Source of the DNA: a virus
Reading direction: 5' to 3' (one strand)
DNA length: 64,000 nucleotides
IMG/VR virus record: IMGVR_UViG_3300037246_001176
Location: 1-64,000 of that record
The position numbers and the translations under genes are program-made. The stretch's first letter is position 1. Each line of letters opens with the position of its first letter. The notes beneath the pieces are model-generated. The model did not search any database. It was not told the DNA's origin and saw nothing but the letters and a program-made list of their open reading frames with translations. Positions 38,790 to 49,050 of this stretch are shown here, in pieces.

Positions 38790-39543
38790 GCCTCATCCCT
38801 TCCGTCGTCGGGCAGCGGAACCGGATTCTCAGGCCCAAACAGCCACCATTTCCAGTCTGGAAAATGCTCCCGCCAATAATGCGCCGCCAGCTTTGACTTG
38901 TCCCCCGTCTCTTCTGCCTTCAGAACGATGTCGAGGAATTCTTGTTGTCGCTCAGCCTCGGTTGTCACTCGCCGCTCCCCTGCTCTGCCCCAGTTACGGG
39001 GGATTCAAGAACTCCTATCACTGAACAATTCTCATGCCCAGCCAAGAACCTTATATCGCTGAGAAGTGACTGTAGATAAAGTATCAAGTCAGCATCGCTC
39101 CTTGTCTCAAACGCCCTCAAGGCCAAATCAAGAAAATCGTATCTGTGTCCTGCTGTCACTCGCTGCCCTCCGGCTCTGGTTCTTCCTCTTTGAGTTTGAA
39201 TCTGACATAGGATCGCCAATCCGTGAACTCAATGAGTTCAATAAGACCTATTCTTCCCGCCGGAACTTCGTCAGTCCACACTATGGGAAAGCCGAATATG
39301 CTTTGCGGCAAGTCTTGCTTGTCCTGTTCCTGTCCAGCTTCAGTCGTCATCCGCTTCCTCCTCACCCTGTTTTTCCAGCATCGGCAAGTACAATTTAAGA
39401 ACCAGGCCCAACAGGCCGCCGCCTGCTTCTTGGCGCTCCATCTCTTTGAGAAATTTGCGTGCTATGTCAGGAGGAACGAGCATTCCCCCTATCATCTCTT
39501 GCTGCTCTGACGCATCTGCTTTCTGCCCATCAATTGCTGTCAC
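38786..39543 (-). CDS. Cluster of about 4 small hypothetical ORFs
   Basis: Overlapping co-oriented ORFs 38786..38968, 38965..39219, 39156..39365, 39340..39543. Confidence 0.5.
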
Positions 39544-40478
39544 CCGCCGCCTTCCCGTTCCGCCTCAGCCTCCCGCCTCGCGACCTCTGCGTCCATGTCC
39601 GCCCGCGCCGCCGCTACCTCTGCCTCTGTGCCAGCCCAAGCGTCCATGAAAGGTAAAACGGTGCATCTACACTGGATCGTCTCGCCTGGAGGCCCTGCTG
39701 GATCGCCTGGCTGCATCAGCCTCGCACCACCCACTATGAACGGCTGGCCCATCGGGATCGGGCCAGGGCTGCCCCCCTCGCTATATGCCTGCCATGCGGC
39801 GAGATGACTGTCACGTGTCCTATCGTCGCTAGTCGCCCACCATTCACGTTTCTCCGCCCCCATCGCCCCGAACAACGCCTGACTTCCTGAGTTGCTGGCC
39901 CGCATCGTTTCGGTCCTCGATATGCTGTCCCGCCTGTACCTCGGCTGCCTGTCGCAGAACCACCGCTCCTCCTGCGACAAGTCCTCGCGCGAGCAGTCCA
40001 CCCCCTTGTCGTTGATGTACTTGTTGAACAAGAGGCCCAAGCCGTCACTCATCTGGCCGATGCCCCATCCCTGCTGCATCGCGTCCAGCAAGATGGACGA
40101 CACATCTTTCTTGGTGGTATCGTTTATGTCCTGGGCAAAGACCAACATGTAATCTTCTAGCCACGCCTCGGCCAGCCAGTTGCGGACGTCAAACCGCATC
40201 CCCAGCATGGCGTCCCAGCTCTCGCCCTGCTCCGCCACCAGGCCCTCAACCAGCGGCATGAACTCCTCGCGCCACGACTCGTCGGCGAAATCCTCAAAAT
40301 ACTCGTCCCACTTCCTGCCGATGACGGTCCATTCAACAGCCTTCACCTGCATCCGCTTCACCAGCTCGCGCTTGTCATGCCAGAACGCCTTCGCCGCCGC
40401 CTTTGAGAACCTCGGATCCCACTTCCTCGCTATGGCGTCCACCTTGGCGTGCATGGCCTGCTTCTGCCGAAACGTCAA
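39540..40478 (-). CDS. Head morphogenesis / minor head protein (SPP1 gp7, Mu gpF-like)
   Basis: ISRTET, WWATSDDRTRDSH, PGDP...IQCRC. Confidence 0.9.
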   Translation of the reverse strand: MTFRQKQAMHAKVDAIARKWDPRFSKAAAKAFWHDKRELVKRMQVKAVEWTVIGRKWDEYFEDFADESWREEFMPLVEGLVAEQGESWDAMLGMRFDVRNWLAEAWLEDYMLVFAQDINDTTKKDVSSILLDAMQQGWGIGQMSDGLGLLFNKYINDKGVDCSREDLSQEERWFCDRQPRYRRDSISRTETMRASNSGSQALFGAMGAEKREWWATSDDRTRDSHLAAWQAYSEGGSPGPIPMGQPFIVGGARLMQPGDPAGPPGETIQCRCTVLPFMDAWAGTEAEVAAARADMDAEVARREAEAEREGGG

Positions 40479-41887
40479 ACCGCCAGTTCTTTTTTTTTAG
40501 CCGCTGGGAGCAGGAGCATCTTGCGTGTGTCGTCCTCGGCCTCCGGCGCGCCTTCTTCCGTCGTCTCCGGCTCCACGCTCATGCCGGACGGAATCATGCC
40601 CAGCGGGACGTAAGCCACATCGCCGCCGGGTATACCACCCAGGGCCAGGCCCACTTTGTCCGTGGCCTGGTTCGCAGGGACGCCCATCTGCCATAGCATG
40701 TGCGCCGATTCTACTAGCTGTGGTATGTTTTTCTGCAAGGCGGGGACCCTGCTGTAGTCAAAGGCGACGAAGATGTTGCCGTCTTGGAGATAGTAACTAT
40801 ATTCATCTTCAAACCAGCCCGACTCGGCCAGCATAGTGTCTTCCCAAAAGGCGCGTCGCGCTTCCTCATAGGCTTTGCCATAGCTGGAGCGGGTTAGTCC
40901 TACCCGAGCCCCCACCAGAATGGGAGGAACACCAAAGGGTGCCAGGATCCTGGACTCGTTGCGTTCGTCTATCTCCTCAAAGCCCATCTCGTCAAAGGTC
41001 AACCCCACCCGCTCATACTTGGCCGACCTATCTGAGACGAATATCTCCTCAGCCCAGTTTTTATAGCCGCCGTATATCTCCTTCCATCTCTCTTTGGCCC
41101 GTGCTATAGCCCCATCGTCTACGCTGCCCTCGACAGTTATCATTCCGGGAACCATGACACCTTTGTCAAAGAAGAGTTTGAGAAAGTGAGTAACGGCGTT
41201 GTCTACGTCTATCGACCGGGCCGCCGGAGACATGGGGGGCATCCCCTCGCCCATTCCTTCCAACGGGTCGCCGGGGTTGGGGAATTTGGGGTGCATCATG
41301 TCTTCCGGCAGGATGGGGAAGACGCGGTTCTCGCTCCATGCCGCCCTGCGCTGTGCGTCGTCCCACTTGAGAAAGGCCGACTTGCCTTCGGGAACGTAGA
41401 TGTAGCCCAGTATTATGCCCTGACCGTCTACCGTGCCGGGGACGACGAATACCCGGTCGGGACGCAGGTTATACATCGCTTCCGGCAGTTCTCCCTGGCG
41501 CTTCCTGTCTAGGAGTGTAAAGTTGTTGCCCGATATGTTGAGGTAAACGATGGCTTGCCCCTGAAATTCTTTCCAGCTCTGGTGCGGGTTGGGCCTCGCT
41601 ATCAGTTGGGCCAGTGGCTCGTCCACGTCTACCGGCTCGCGCTGTTCATAGCTGCCCGTCCAGGCCCTGAGAGGCGCAAGCGTCATGGCCCTGACCTTGT
41701 ACATTATAGCAGAATAGACTAACGTATTGAGATTAAACCCATCAGCCACATACGCCTGATAGTCAATGAGCTTCCAAGCTGGTCGGCCCTCTCTCCATGC
41801 GGGCCATGCGACAGGCAACGCCTTAACTGCCATCGTTGGCGCTTCCCGCACTGCCCTGATTTGTCGTATCCGCATCAGAATGCTCAT
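40475..41887 (-). CDS. Portal protein (HK97 family)
   Basis: RPNPHQS, LRPDRV, FGVPPILVG. Confidence 0.93.
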   Translation of the reverse strand: MSILMRIRQIRAVREAPTMAVKALPVAWPAWREGRPAWKLIDYQAYVADGFNLNTLVYSAIMYKVRAMTLAPLRAWTGSYEQREPVDVDEPLAQLIARPNPHQSWKEFQGQAIVYLNISGNNFTLLDRKRQGELPEAMYNLRPDRVFVVPGTVDGQGIILGYIYVPEGKSAFLKWDDAQRRAAWSENRVFPILPEDMMHPKFPNPGDPLEGMGEGMPPMSPAARSIDVDNAVTHFLKLFFDKGVMVPGMITVEGSVDDGAIARAKERWKEIYGGYKNWAEEIFVSDRSAKYERVGLTFDEMGFEEIDERNESRILAPFGVPPILVGARVGLTRSSYGKAYEEARRAFWEDTMLAESGWFEDEYSYYLQDGNIFVAFDYSRVPALQKNIPQLVESAHMLWQMGVPANQATDKVGLALGGIPGGDVAYVPLGMIPSGMSVEPETTEEGAPEAEDDTRKMLLLPAAKKKELAV

Positions 41888-42006
41888 TCGCCAAAGCCTG
41901 CCATTATCGCGTCCCGCATCAGGGCGAAGGCTGAGCGCAGTTTCCGCGCCACCCAGCCGACGGCGAAAAACGGGAACAGTATCACGTTGCCTATGATTTC
42001 TCTCAT
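41884..42006 (-). CDS. 40-aa hydrophobic peptide
   Basis: MREIIGNVILFPFFAVGWVARKL...; ATGA overlaps on both sides. Confidence 0.6.
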   Translation of the reverse strand: MREIIGNVILFPFFAVGWVARKLRSAFALMRDAIMAGFGE

Positions 42007-42395
42007 TTCCAGACGTTCTCCCAGGCCCCAGTATGGTCTATGAACTCCTTGCTACCACTTACATAACGAAACATAGACCTGTGAATGAGCTTGTAACATC
42101 CTTCACCAGGCAATACCAACAGCATCGCCTGGCCGCTGTCAGCCAGTATGGTTATGCGCATCTCGTGACAGATGGACTCACTCAGGGGCAGCAGAAGGTA
42201 TCGGTCAAAATTGATGAATTCATCTCCCGGCCCAAGTCCCCCGATCTTGCCAGCTATGATCGGCATGAAGCCATCGCCCGCAGGGATCACGCAACTGTGC
42301 AGATATTTCTCTTCGCCCAAGAGAACCTTCTGCGCCGCCTCAAAACATTTTTTGCAGTAGATGTACTCGGTCACGAATGAACCGCGCTCACTCAT
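42003..42395 (-). CDS. Hypothetical protein between terminase and portal
   Basis: ORF with RBS. Confidence 0.7.
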   Translation of the reverse strand: MSERGSFVTEYIYCKKCFEAAQKVLLGEEKYLHSCVIPAGDGFMPIIAGKIGGLGPGDEFINFDRYLLLPLSESICHEMRITILADSGQAMLLVLPGEGCYKLIHRSMFRYVSGSKEFIDHTGAWENVWK

Positions 42396-42407
42396 CTTTC
42401 CCTTCTC

Positions 42408-43742
42408 TCATCCGAAGCTCCATGTGCTGCCGCCGCCGTAAGCCAGCGCCCCCGCCGCTATCGTGTCGGGGAGGTATGCATTCTTGCCGCTGCCGTACAC
42501 GTCATCCACGCTCGCATACCTGTGCTCGCCCTGCATGAACTTTATCACCGGCGATTCTATCTCCCCGCGCTCAATGCCCGATATGTAATTTGACAGCAAG
42601 TCCGACCTCGCTCGGCCTGCCATGATGACCGACGTCGCATCGCTCGCCATGTATCCGTCCACCACGTCGCCAAGCCCGGTTCCGTCGTGCGCTGCGTCTC
42701 CGCTGTACCGGGCCACTCGTTCGTCAAACTTGCTCACCATCTGCGGCCACGGCCTCCGGCCCATCCGCTCAAATGCCACCAGGCGCATCGGCTTCACGTC
42801 TTTCCTGAGCGTGACAATAATTGTCCAGTCAACCTTCTTCGCCCAGTCCGCGCCGGTCGAATATCGCGCCCCCTCTTGCGGCGGCTCTATCTCTATGTAC
42901 TCTCCGTTACGCCCTTCATACACCCCTAGTTGCGGCTTGAACATCGCCTCAACTGCTTCTGGCAGTATAGCCCGGCTTTCTGGCGAAGGTTCTTGCAGAT
43001 CGAATTCTGTATTCCACATCGCCGCCGTAACTTCATTTCGCTTTCGCGCTATCTCTGACACCGGGAGCCAACCGTGCGGCTCAACGGTTTCGCGCCAGCA
43101 CCATTCAGAAACTTTCCAGCCCTTCTCCGTCGCCCGCCGCAGCACCTCCGTCATCGTCCCGTCGGCGTATTGATGAGTACTCGAGAGTACGGTCTGCGCA
43201 GGAACATCTCCTGTGCTCATCGTCTGGCCTAATGCCGCGTCCAGTATCTTTATGTCTAGCTCATCGATTTCGTCAAGTCGTAAACGGGGAACATGCGGCC
43301 CTCTGACGGATGTCTGCGAAGCCAAGAGCGCCTGTATCTTGTTGCCCCATACCAGCCGTGTCTCCCGCTTCAGCGGATCGGACGCGAGCAGCTGCCTCGG
43401 TGCGCTGTCGTGCTCCCAAAAGTCCTCCATGTACCCGTGCACCCGCCGCGCCTGCTCGCCGGAACCGCCCAAGACGTTCACGTCAGTCTTGAGCGTTATC
43501 GCCTCCGTCAGTCCCAGGAGCGCCAGCAGCAGACTTTTTCCCCCGAAGGCTCGACTCGCCTTCCACACCGCCACCGGCGAGCGAGCGAAGTACGCGTCTG
43601 CGAAAGCCTGCCAGGGCGTGGCGTGGTTGGTACATATCTGCGTGTCGGGTATGCTGACGCCAAAGGCCAGGTTTATGAATGTTTTAAGGTTCTGCTCTGT
43701 CGTTATCGGTAGCTGAAACTGGTGCTTTGTCGCTGTCGTCAT
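42408..43742 (-). CDS. terL: Terminase large subunit
   Basis: SRAFGGKS Walker A, LRLDE Walker B, GADWAKKVDWT nuclease, DGTGLG. Confidence 0.9.
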   Translation of the reverse strand: MTTATKHQFQLPITTEQNLKTFINLAFGVSIPDTQICTNHATPWQAFADAYFARSPVAVWKASRAFGGKSLLLALLGLTEAITLKTDVNVLGGSGEQARRVHGYMEDFWEHDSAPRQLLASDPLKRETRLVWGNKIQALLASQTSVRGPHVPRLRLDEIDELDIKILDAALGQTMSTGDVPAQTVLSSTHQYADGTMTEVLRRATEKGWKVSEWCWRETVEPHGWLPVSEIARKRNEVTAAMWNTEFDLQEPSPESRAILPEAVEAMFKPQLGVYEGRNGEYIEIEPPQEGARYSTGADWAKKVDWTIIVTLRKDVKPMRLVAFERMGRRPWPQMVSKFDERVARYSGDAAHDGTGLGDVVDGYMASDATSVIMAGRARSDLLSNYISGIERGEIESPVIKFMQGEHRYASVDDVYGSGKNAYLPDTIAAGALAYGGGSTWSFG

Positions 43743-44307
43743 GGACTATTATCTCTATAATGTCATAACCGTGCATCGTCCCGCTGACTTCAACCGCCTT
43801 GCGCTCCGTCTCCAGCGCCGCTGCCAGCCGCGAAAGCTCTGTCGCCGCCTTGCCAAACTGGGGGATGTCGCCCTGCCTCCAGCGGACGGGCTTGACCACC
43901 GTCACCGCGCCGTCCTCGTCTCTCGTCATCTCGGCCAGCGGAAAGCGCAGCATCTCCTCTATGCGCCGCTTCAGCTTGTCCGCCATGCCCCATTCCCACT
44001 CGCGCTGCTCCTCGCGCCGGGAGCGCCACAGCGCCTCGCGCTCCAGCCGCTGCATGTCCTGCCAAGCGGCGAGGCGGTCTTGCCAATGGTACTTGACAGA
44101 CCACGTCTTCAGCGTCGGCAGGCGGCGCGACGGAGGCTGCTCCTGTGACGCTCTTGACACATTGCAGTAACGTTTCCAGAGCAGCGGCAGCGACCTGCCA
44201 GGCCCCATGCCGATGTAGTCCTGCAAGGCGGCGCTGGCCCTCGCCGTCTCGCCGGGGCAGCGGGCGAGAGGAGCTTCTGGATTCCAGAGAAAGTCGGTGT
44301 TAGTCAT
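43684..44307 (-). CDS. Terminase small subunit (putative)
   Basis: Upstream of terL; MGPGRSL...WSVKYHWQDRLAAW. Confidence 0.7.
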   Translation of the reverse strand: MTNTDFLWNPEAPLARCPGETARASAALQDYIGMGPGRSLPLLWKRYCNVSRASQEQPPSRRLPTLKTWSVKYHWQDRLAAWQDMQRLEREALWRSRREEQREWEWGMADKLKRRIEEMLRFPLAEMTRDEDGAVTVVKPVRWRQGDIPQFGKAATELSRLAAALETERKAVEVSGTMHGYDIIEIIVHDDSDKAPVSATDNDRAEP

Positions 44308-44316
44308 GTATCAATC

Positions 44317-44919
44317 TCAACCCCTCAACCATCTATGACCGCATTTAGGACATTCATTCCACCTCTTTCCATCAGACTCACCTTCACCTTGCTCTGAGGA
44401 ACTTTTTGGTGTAATGCTCAACAGCGCGTCTAGGTCGTCCCCGTCCACCCCAACCGGCAGCTCCTCTACCCGCGCCAGGTCTTGCAGCAGGGCCACGTAC
44501 CGCTCCTCGTCCCACAGCCTGGCGTAGTCGTGTGTGGTGAAGTCCCTGCCGCCCGCCATAACGAGCAAATTGCAGTCAAGTGCATAGCTCTCCGCTGCCG
44601 CCTGGCTGGGCGCATCTACTCCGAACTGAATGGGCACATACCACATGCCGTCTTTGTCATCTAACATGATCCCGATGGGAGGTTTTTGCTCCTGGTCGTA
44701 CATCCATCTCAGGGTTTCTACTCTCCCGTTGCCGTCCACGATAGCTCCACCTTCTTGGAGATTAGTATCAAAAGCCGGAGCATCTCTGAATCCGTGTTTT
44801 TTGAACGATTCAGCCAAGTCTGAAATCGCGTGAAGTTTCGGATTCTTTTTCCAAAGAAGCTCAATAGCTTCGTTCAAGCGGACATATTCAATTCTCAAAA
44901 CCTTTTCGTCATTTGACAT
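44317..44919 (-). CDS. ParB/Srx-like domain protein
   Basis: NPKLH...SFKKHGF...IVDGNGR; C-terminal CPKCGH. Confidence 0.75.
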   Translation of the reverse strand: MSNDEKVLRIEYVRLNEAIELLWKKNPKLHAISDLAESFKKHGFRDAPAFDTNLQEGGAIVDGNGRVETLRWMYDQEQKPPIGIMLDDKDGMWYVPIQFGVDAPSQAAAESYALDCNLLVMAGGRDFTTHDYARLWDEERYVALLQDLARVEELPVGVDGDDLDALLSITPKSSSEQGEGESDGKRWNECPKCGHRWLRG

Positions 44920-44941
44920 TTTCTATAAAATCTTTTATAAT
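44913..44941 (+). promoter_or_regulatory. Perfect sigma70-type promoter for the HNH gene
   Basis: TTGACA-17 bp-TATAAT. Confidence 0.8.
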
Positions 44942-45070
44942 ATGCTCGTTCAGGTAACAGTAGCCCATCAAGCGGATTTTGTTTTATCATCATGCCCTCT
45001 AAGGCTCAAATGGGTGTTACCTGAACAATAACGCCGCTGGCCTGCGAGGGCTTCTTTGTTGAGGTAATCT

Positions 45071-45871
45071 ATGCTCAGACATTGCGAAATTTGCAAAGAA
45101 CCATTTGAAACTATCACGGGCAAGCAGCGATATTGCAAAGATTGCAAATACGAACGCACTCATTGTCATATCTGCGGGCAATATGTCGCGCCCAAGAAAG
45201 AACGCAAGAAAAGGTTGTGTCTTGCTTGTTATCGCGAACAGGTAAAAGTAGAATACAAATGCATTGATTGCGGTAAGCTTGTAGCCTATGATACTATTTC
45301 CAGATGCCGCAATTGTGATACTGCCTATCGCCGCACTCATTACCGACCATGCCCGCAAGAAACCAGAGAAAAAATACGCCAACGCAACTTTGAGAGGTAT
45401 CAAGATCCAGAATATAAAGCCAGGTGGCTTAAGAGTATCCAAGAGAGAAGCCGACGGCCAAGCTGGAAACTTAAACAGCAGATAGGCGCTCAATTTCGGA
45501 GCAAGAACCCGATTTATTTGTCTAATCTGCGTGCAGCTATCCAGAAAACGACTAGTACGCCAGAATGGTATGAAATCATGAAAGACAATCCCTGCTGGCA
45601 ACGCGGCAAAAACCATCCCTGTTGGAAAGGCGGAGAACATAGACCAAATCAACGAGCACGCCGTTGGAAAGAGTATCGCGAATGGCGAAATGCGGTTTTT
45701 GAACGCGACGATTATGTTTGCCAACATTGCAAGCAGCGAGGCGGCCAGTTCCAAGCTCACCATAAAAAATCTTGGGCAGATCATCCCGAATTGAGATTTG
45801 AGGTCAGCAACGGCATTACTGTTTGCGTCAAATGTCATCGGAAAATTCACGGTCACTATATTCCTGCCTAA
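45071..45871 (+). CDS. Free-standing HNH endonuclease with N-terminal Zn fingers
   Basis: WKGG; VFERDDYVCQHC...AHH...SNGITVCVKCH; GAGGT RBS. Confidence 0.92.
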   Translation: MLRHCEICKEPFETITGKQRYCKDCKYERTHCHICGQYVAPKKERKKRLCLACYREQVKVEYKCIDCGKLVAYDTISRCRNCDTAYRRTHYRPCPQETREKIRQRNFERYQDPEYKARWLKSIQERSRRPSWKLKQQIGAQFRSKNPIYLSNLRAAIQKTTSTPEWYEIMKDNPCWQRGKNHPCWKGGEHRPNQRARRWKEYREWRNAVFERDDYVCQHCKQRGGQFQAHHKKSWADHPELRFEVSNGITVCVKCHRKIHGHYIPA

Positions 45872-45909
45872 ATGGTAAACCTTAAAACGTCGCCCTGCGT
45901 CATGCTACC

Positions 45910-45937
45910 ATTATACCACAAAGGCACAGGTTGTCAA
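45910..45937 (-). promoter_or_regulatory. Sigma70-type promoter with overlapping inverted repeat
   Basis: TTGACA-16 bp-TATAAT. Confidence 0.65.
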
Positions 45938-46078
45938 GACCTGCGCCTTTGTTCATACCTGGGCCTGCTTCTGATGGTTAATCTAGTATCGCCATAATGC
46001 TGATAGGGAGACGGGCCGTTTTCGCTTCCGCGCCCGCTTTGCAGGCCATCCTGTTTAAATATTTTGATATCCATCTAA

Positions 46079-46107
46079 ATTATACCACGGTTCGCGCCTC
46101 CTGTCAA
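46079..46107 (-). promoter_or_regulatory. Sigma70-type promoter facing the packaging genes
   Basis: TTGACA-17 bp-TATAAT. Confidence 0.75.
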
Positions 46108-46334
46108 GCCCTGGGCTGGCGCGGCGGCTCGCTGCCCGCCACGACGCAGAGCGAGTAGATGAGAATCGCCAAGAGGCAAACCGTAATGAACGCTGTGCAA
46201 CAAAACGCGACCAGCACCGTGCTCATATCTCAATCGCCCTCCGCGCAGGGTAGATTCCACCAGATAAACAAGACCGCCGCAACCAAAATGATCACGACGA
46301 AAAGCAAGCATCCTGCCACGAACCATGCGTTCAT
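46104..46334 (-). CDS. Two short single-TM peptides (46230..46334 and 46104..46226)
   Basis: MNAWFVAGCLLFVVIILVAAVLFIWW... and MSTVLVAFCCTAFITVCLLAILIYSL... Confidence 0.5.
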
Positions 46335-46338
46335 TCTA

Positions 46339-46653
46339 TTATTGCTCCTTCATCATGCTACGAATGACTTCAACTGGCACTCTCAATCCACAGTTGCGGC
46401 AAACTTTGTGCCGGTGGGTGCGCCGAATTGGTGCGAATTCTGGATTGTCGCAACAGACGCGGAACTTGCTATCATTGGGGCAACCCCGATTGTCCCTCGT
46501 GAGACAGCGCCCATCCCGCACCCACTCGCCTTGCGAATTGGTATGCCCACAATCGTGCTCGTTGAAACATGACCGCCAGACACAAAGACGGTCAAGCACT
46601 GCAGTGGGGCCGCAATACAAAGATTGACCGAAACGATCTTTACCGACCTTCAT
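46339..46653 (-). CDS. Cys-rich hypothetical protein
   Basis: Coupled ORF. Confidence 0.6.
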   Translation of the reverse strand: MKVGKDRFGQSLYCGPTAVLDRLCVWRSCFNEHDCGHTNSQGEWVRDGRCLTRDNRGCPNDSKFRVCCDNPEFAPIRRTHRHKVCRNCGLRVPVEVIRSMMKEQ

Positions 46654-46816
46654 CCCGCCGCCTCCATCTCCGCCTGCCCGAACACCTCTGCCATGCCGTC
46701 GTCAAAGACGATGACCCAAGCCCCGCCGGGACAGCCCGGCTTCTTAGGATGCAGCAGCTGCCCCTCAATCCTGCGCCCGCCGACCGTGACAGCGACTTTC
46801 TGCCCCGGCCTCGGTT

Positions 46817-47236
46817 TCAGTCCTTCCTGATCGCTTCCCATACATGCCTCCTCTCTTCATGCGTGCAATCAACCAACCCGTCCGCCCCCAGCCGCTTCAG
46901 CTGCTCGCGCACTCCCCTTGCCGTCATCCCCACCAGCCGCGCCAGGTCGGGAGTGGCCGTCGGCCCGTTGCCCCTGAGGACGGCCAGCGTCTTCAGCCTG
47001 CGCCGCTTGCCCTCCGCAGCGCGATCTCTTGCTGCCGGGGACGCGCCGGCAGTCCTGACGTCGCGTTTATAGACCTCGCGCAAGAAGCTCTTGAATCTCG
47101 GCGCGCATCCGGCGCAGAACCTGCTCTTTCTGGACATCGGCCCCCCGCACAGGGGGCAGGTCTTGCCGCCGCGCATGGCTTCCGTCCGGCTCGCATTGGG
47201 CGTAGCGTTCATGCGGCCTCGGAGTGGTCGTCTCAT
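46817..47236 (-). CDS. Zn-finger plus winged-HTH regulator
   Basis: CPLCGG...CAGC; TPDLARLVGMTARGVREQLKRL. Confidence 0.7.
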   Translation of the reverse strand: MRRPLRGRMNATPNASRTEAMRGGKTCPLCGGPMSRKSRFCAGCAPRFKSFLREVYKRDVRTAGASPAARDRAAEGKRRRLKTLAVLRGNGPTATPDLARLVGMTARGVREQLKRLGADGLVDCTHEERRHVWEAIRKD

Positions 47237-47237
47237 T

Positions 47238-47705
47238 CTACAACCTGCCCAAAATATAATCAGGTCGCCGCTGCCCAGGTTGCGGGCAGATGGCCAGAAT
47301 ATGCCAGCCATCGTCTAAATCGTCTTGCAATGCCACCGTGCAATAGTCGGTGCACACCTCAATCTTTTTGATGTGCGCAACGAACCATTCAGGCATGGCG
47401 GCTCTCGTCATGCCGTCACTCTCATAGGTCGGCTTTGCTGGCAATCCTGATCGTGGTGATGCGATCGCTTGCCGCTCAAGCCGTTGCTCTATTCGTAAAA
47501 GCGTGTTGACTATTTCAAGTCCCTGCGTGGTAGAGACTTCCTCCCCAACTCGGCAAGACACGTCAGGAAACATCCGCTTGAAAGTCACGGGGTTGTCATC
47601 AACAGACAGGCTGTATTTTGGCGATACGAACCCGTTGCTATCTATGGAAGTTTCACAGTCAATACCATAATGCTGGCACAGCTTCTGCCAGACTTCAGGA
47701 GCCAC
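47238..47705 (-). CDS. Hypothetical protein
   Basis: LDDGWHILAICPQPGQRRPDYILGR. Confidence 0.65.
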   Translation of the reverse strand: MAPEVWQKLCQHYGIDCETSIDSNGFVSPKYSLSVDDNPVTFKRMFPDVSCRVGEEVSTTQGLEIVNTLLRIEQRLERQAIASPRSGLPAKPTYESDGMTRAAMPEWFVAHIKKIEVCTDYCTVALQDDLDDGWHILAICPQPGQRRPDYILGRL

Positions 47706-47747
47706 CTTGCTATTCCAATCCAGCTGATTCGATATATGTCGCTCACC

Positions 47748-47996
47748 TTATCCTCTTTTCGTTTTTGGGTCATCCCACGGATCGTCATCGTCGCCCCAAA
47801 CGTTCGCCTTCAGGTCTACCAGGCCGCCGTCCGCCACGCGCCGCATCTGTCCCTCCCTATCAAGGGAGAACTCAACAGAGTACACCTCGTTCGGACCGTT
47901 GTGCATCATGACGACGCCGCAGCCGATGCCGTACCTGAGCAATGCCTTGAACTGGCCCTTAGTGACCTTGATTCGCCTGTCGTGAAAGCCCATCAC
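47748..47996 (-). CDS. Hypothetical protein
   Basis: Co-oriented ORF. Confidence 0.55.
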   Translation of the reverse strand: MMGFHDRRIKVTKGQFKALLRYGIGCGVVMMHNGPNEVYSVEFSLDREGQMRRVADGGLVDLKANVWGDDDDPWDDPKTKRG

Positions 47997-48442
47997 TAGT
48001 ATCCCTCTCCTGGCTCGCTCTTGATAGCTGGCCAGTTGGCGAATGATTCAGAAATAGGGTATTCAAATATCTCTGCCCGTTCTTCTAATTCAGCGTGGAG
48101 ATCTGCGATGATCTGGGTCATTTTCGCCTGATGTTCAAACACCTCTGCCCGTTTTTCTAATTCGGCAGCATCGCAACTGTATTCGTTGACCGCCATCATG
48201 GCTTCACAGTGTTCACCTTCCAAATCTATCTGAACACAAATAGCACGAACAATCCTGATTATCACTTGCAAATAGCCTAGCATTGATGTGCCTTGATATA
48301 TCTTCCAGTTGCGCCAGCCACGGATGGTGGCTGTGAACCGACGCTCTGTATCATCATCGCTCACGCTCTCTGAGATAAGTGCTCCTGCAACCCACCTGTG
48401 GCGGCCTATCACTCTCCATCTTTTCCTATGCCCTGTCATCAT
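47996..48442 (-). CDS. Hypothetical protein with internal AELExRAExFE duplication
   Basis: GGAGG RBS before 48442. Confidence 0.6.
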   Translation of the reverse strand: MMTGHRKRWRVIGRHRWVAGALISESVSDDDTERRFTATIRGWRNWKIYQGTSMLGYLQVIIRIVRAICVQIDLEGEHCEAMMAVNEYSCDAAELEKRAEVFEHQAKMTQIIADLHAELEERAEIFEYPISESFANWPAIKSEPGEGY

Positions 48443-49050
48443 TTGTCCTCCACGCTGTAAAGTCGGTCGCGTTTTCATCCGCTTGTGCTCTAGGCTTTGA
48501 AAGGCCGAAGCACAGGTTTCCATTCGCGCAAGTCCACCAACGGCCTGCCCATCATCCTGATTCTTTCCAAGTCGCCAGGGTGACAGATGACGCATTCTGG
48601 CGTGAACTCGGTCTCCATGATGTGATATGCATTGCTGCGCTCAATGTTCTCTTGCGTGACGTAATACAGGATCTCGCACGTTTCCGCCAAGTCCTGCACC
48701 AGTTGCTTCCAATTGAGACGTTATGTCATCACCAGTACCCTTCCCCTGGCTTGCCCTTCACATCGGGCCAGTTTGAAAATAACTCTCGGAGCCTGTCCAG
48801 TTCGTCCAAATCGTCATAGTCGGTGGCGTCACGGTAAACCTGGTGTTTCCAACGGCCTCCCTGCTGACCAGCCTCTAGCGCATCCTCTAGCCGCCGGAAC
48901 AGTCGGAGACCACGACAGCGCGCTCCTCAAGTTCGCCAACCTTCAGCGCAAGCTCGCACCTGGCGGCTTGCAGGAGTTCCTGATAACTCCGAGGTCGCGT
49001 GGTGCAATTTACAACATCTTTGTACTCTGCGTAACTCAGCACGTCTTTCA

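Noticed and set aside
32476-44290. Extra TTCTGGATTCCAGA palindromes near 32477 and 44275
   Set aside because: Both are inside genes and encode LWNPE, so probably coincidental
45017-45856. 279-aa - strand ORF
   Set aside because: Shadow of the HNH gene, which has clear motifs, a promoter and an RBS
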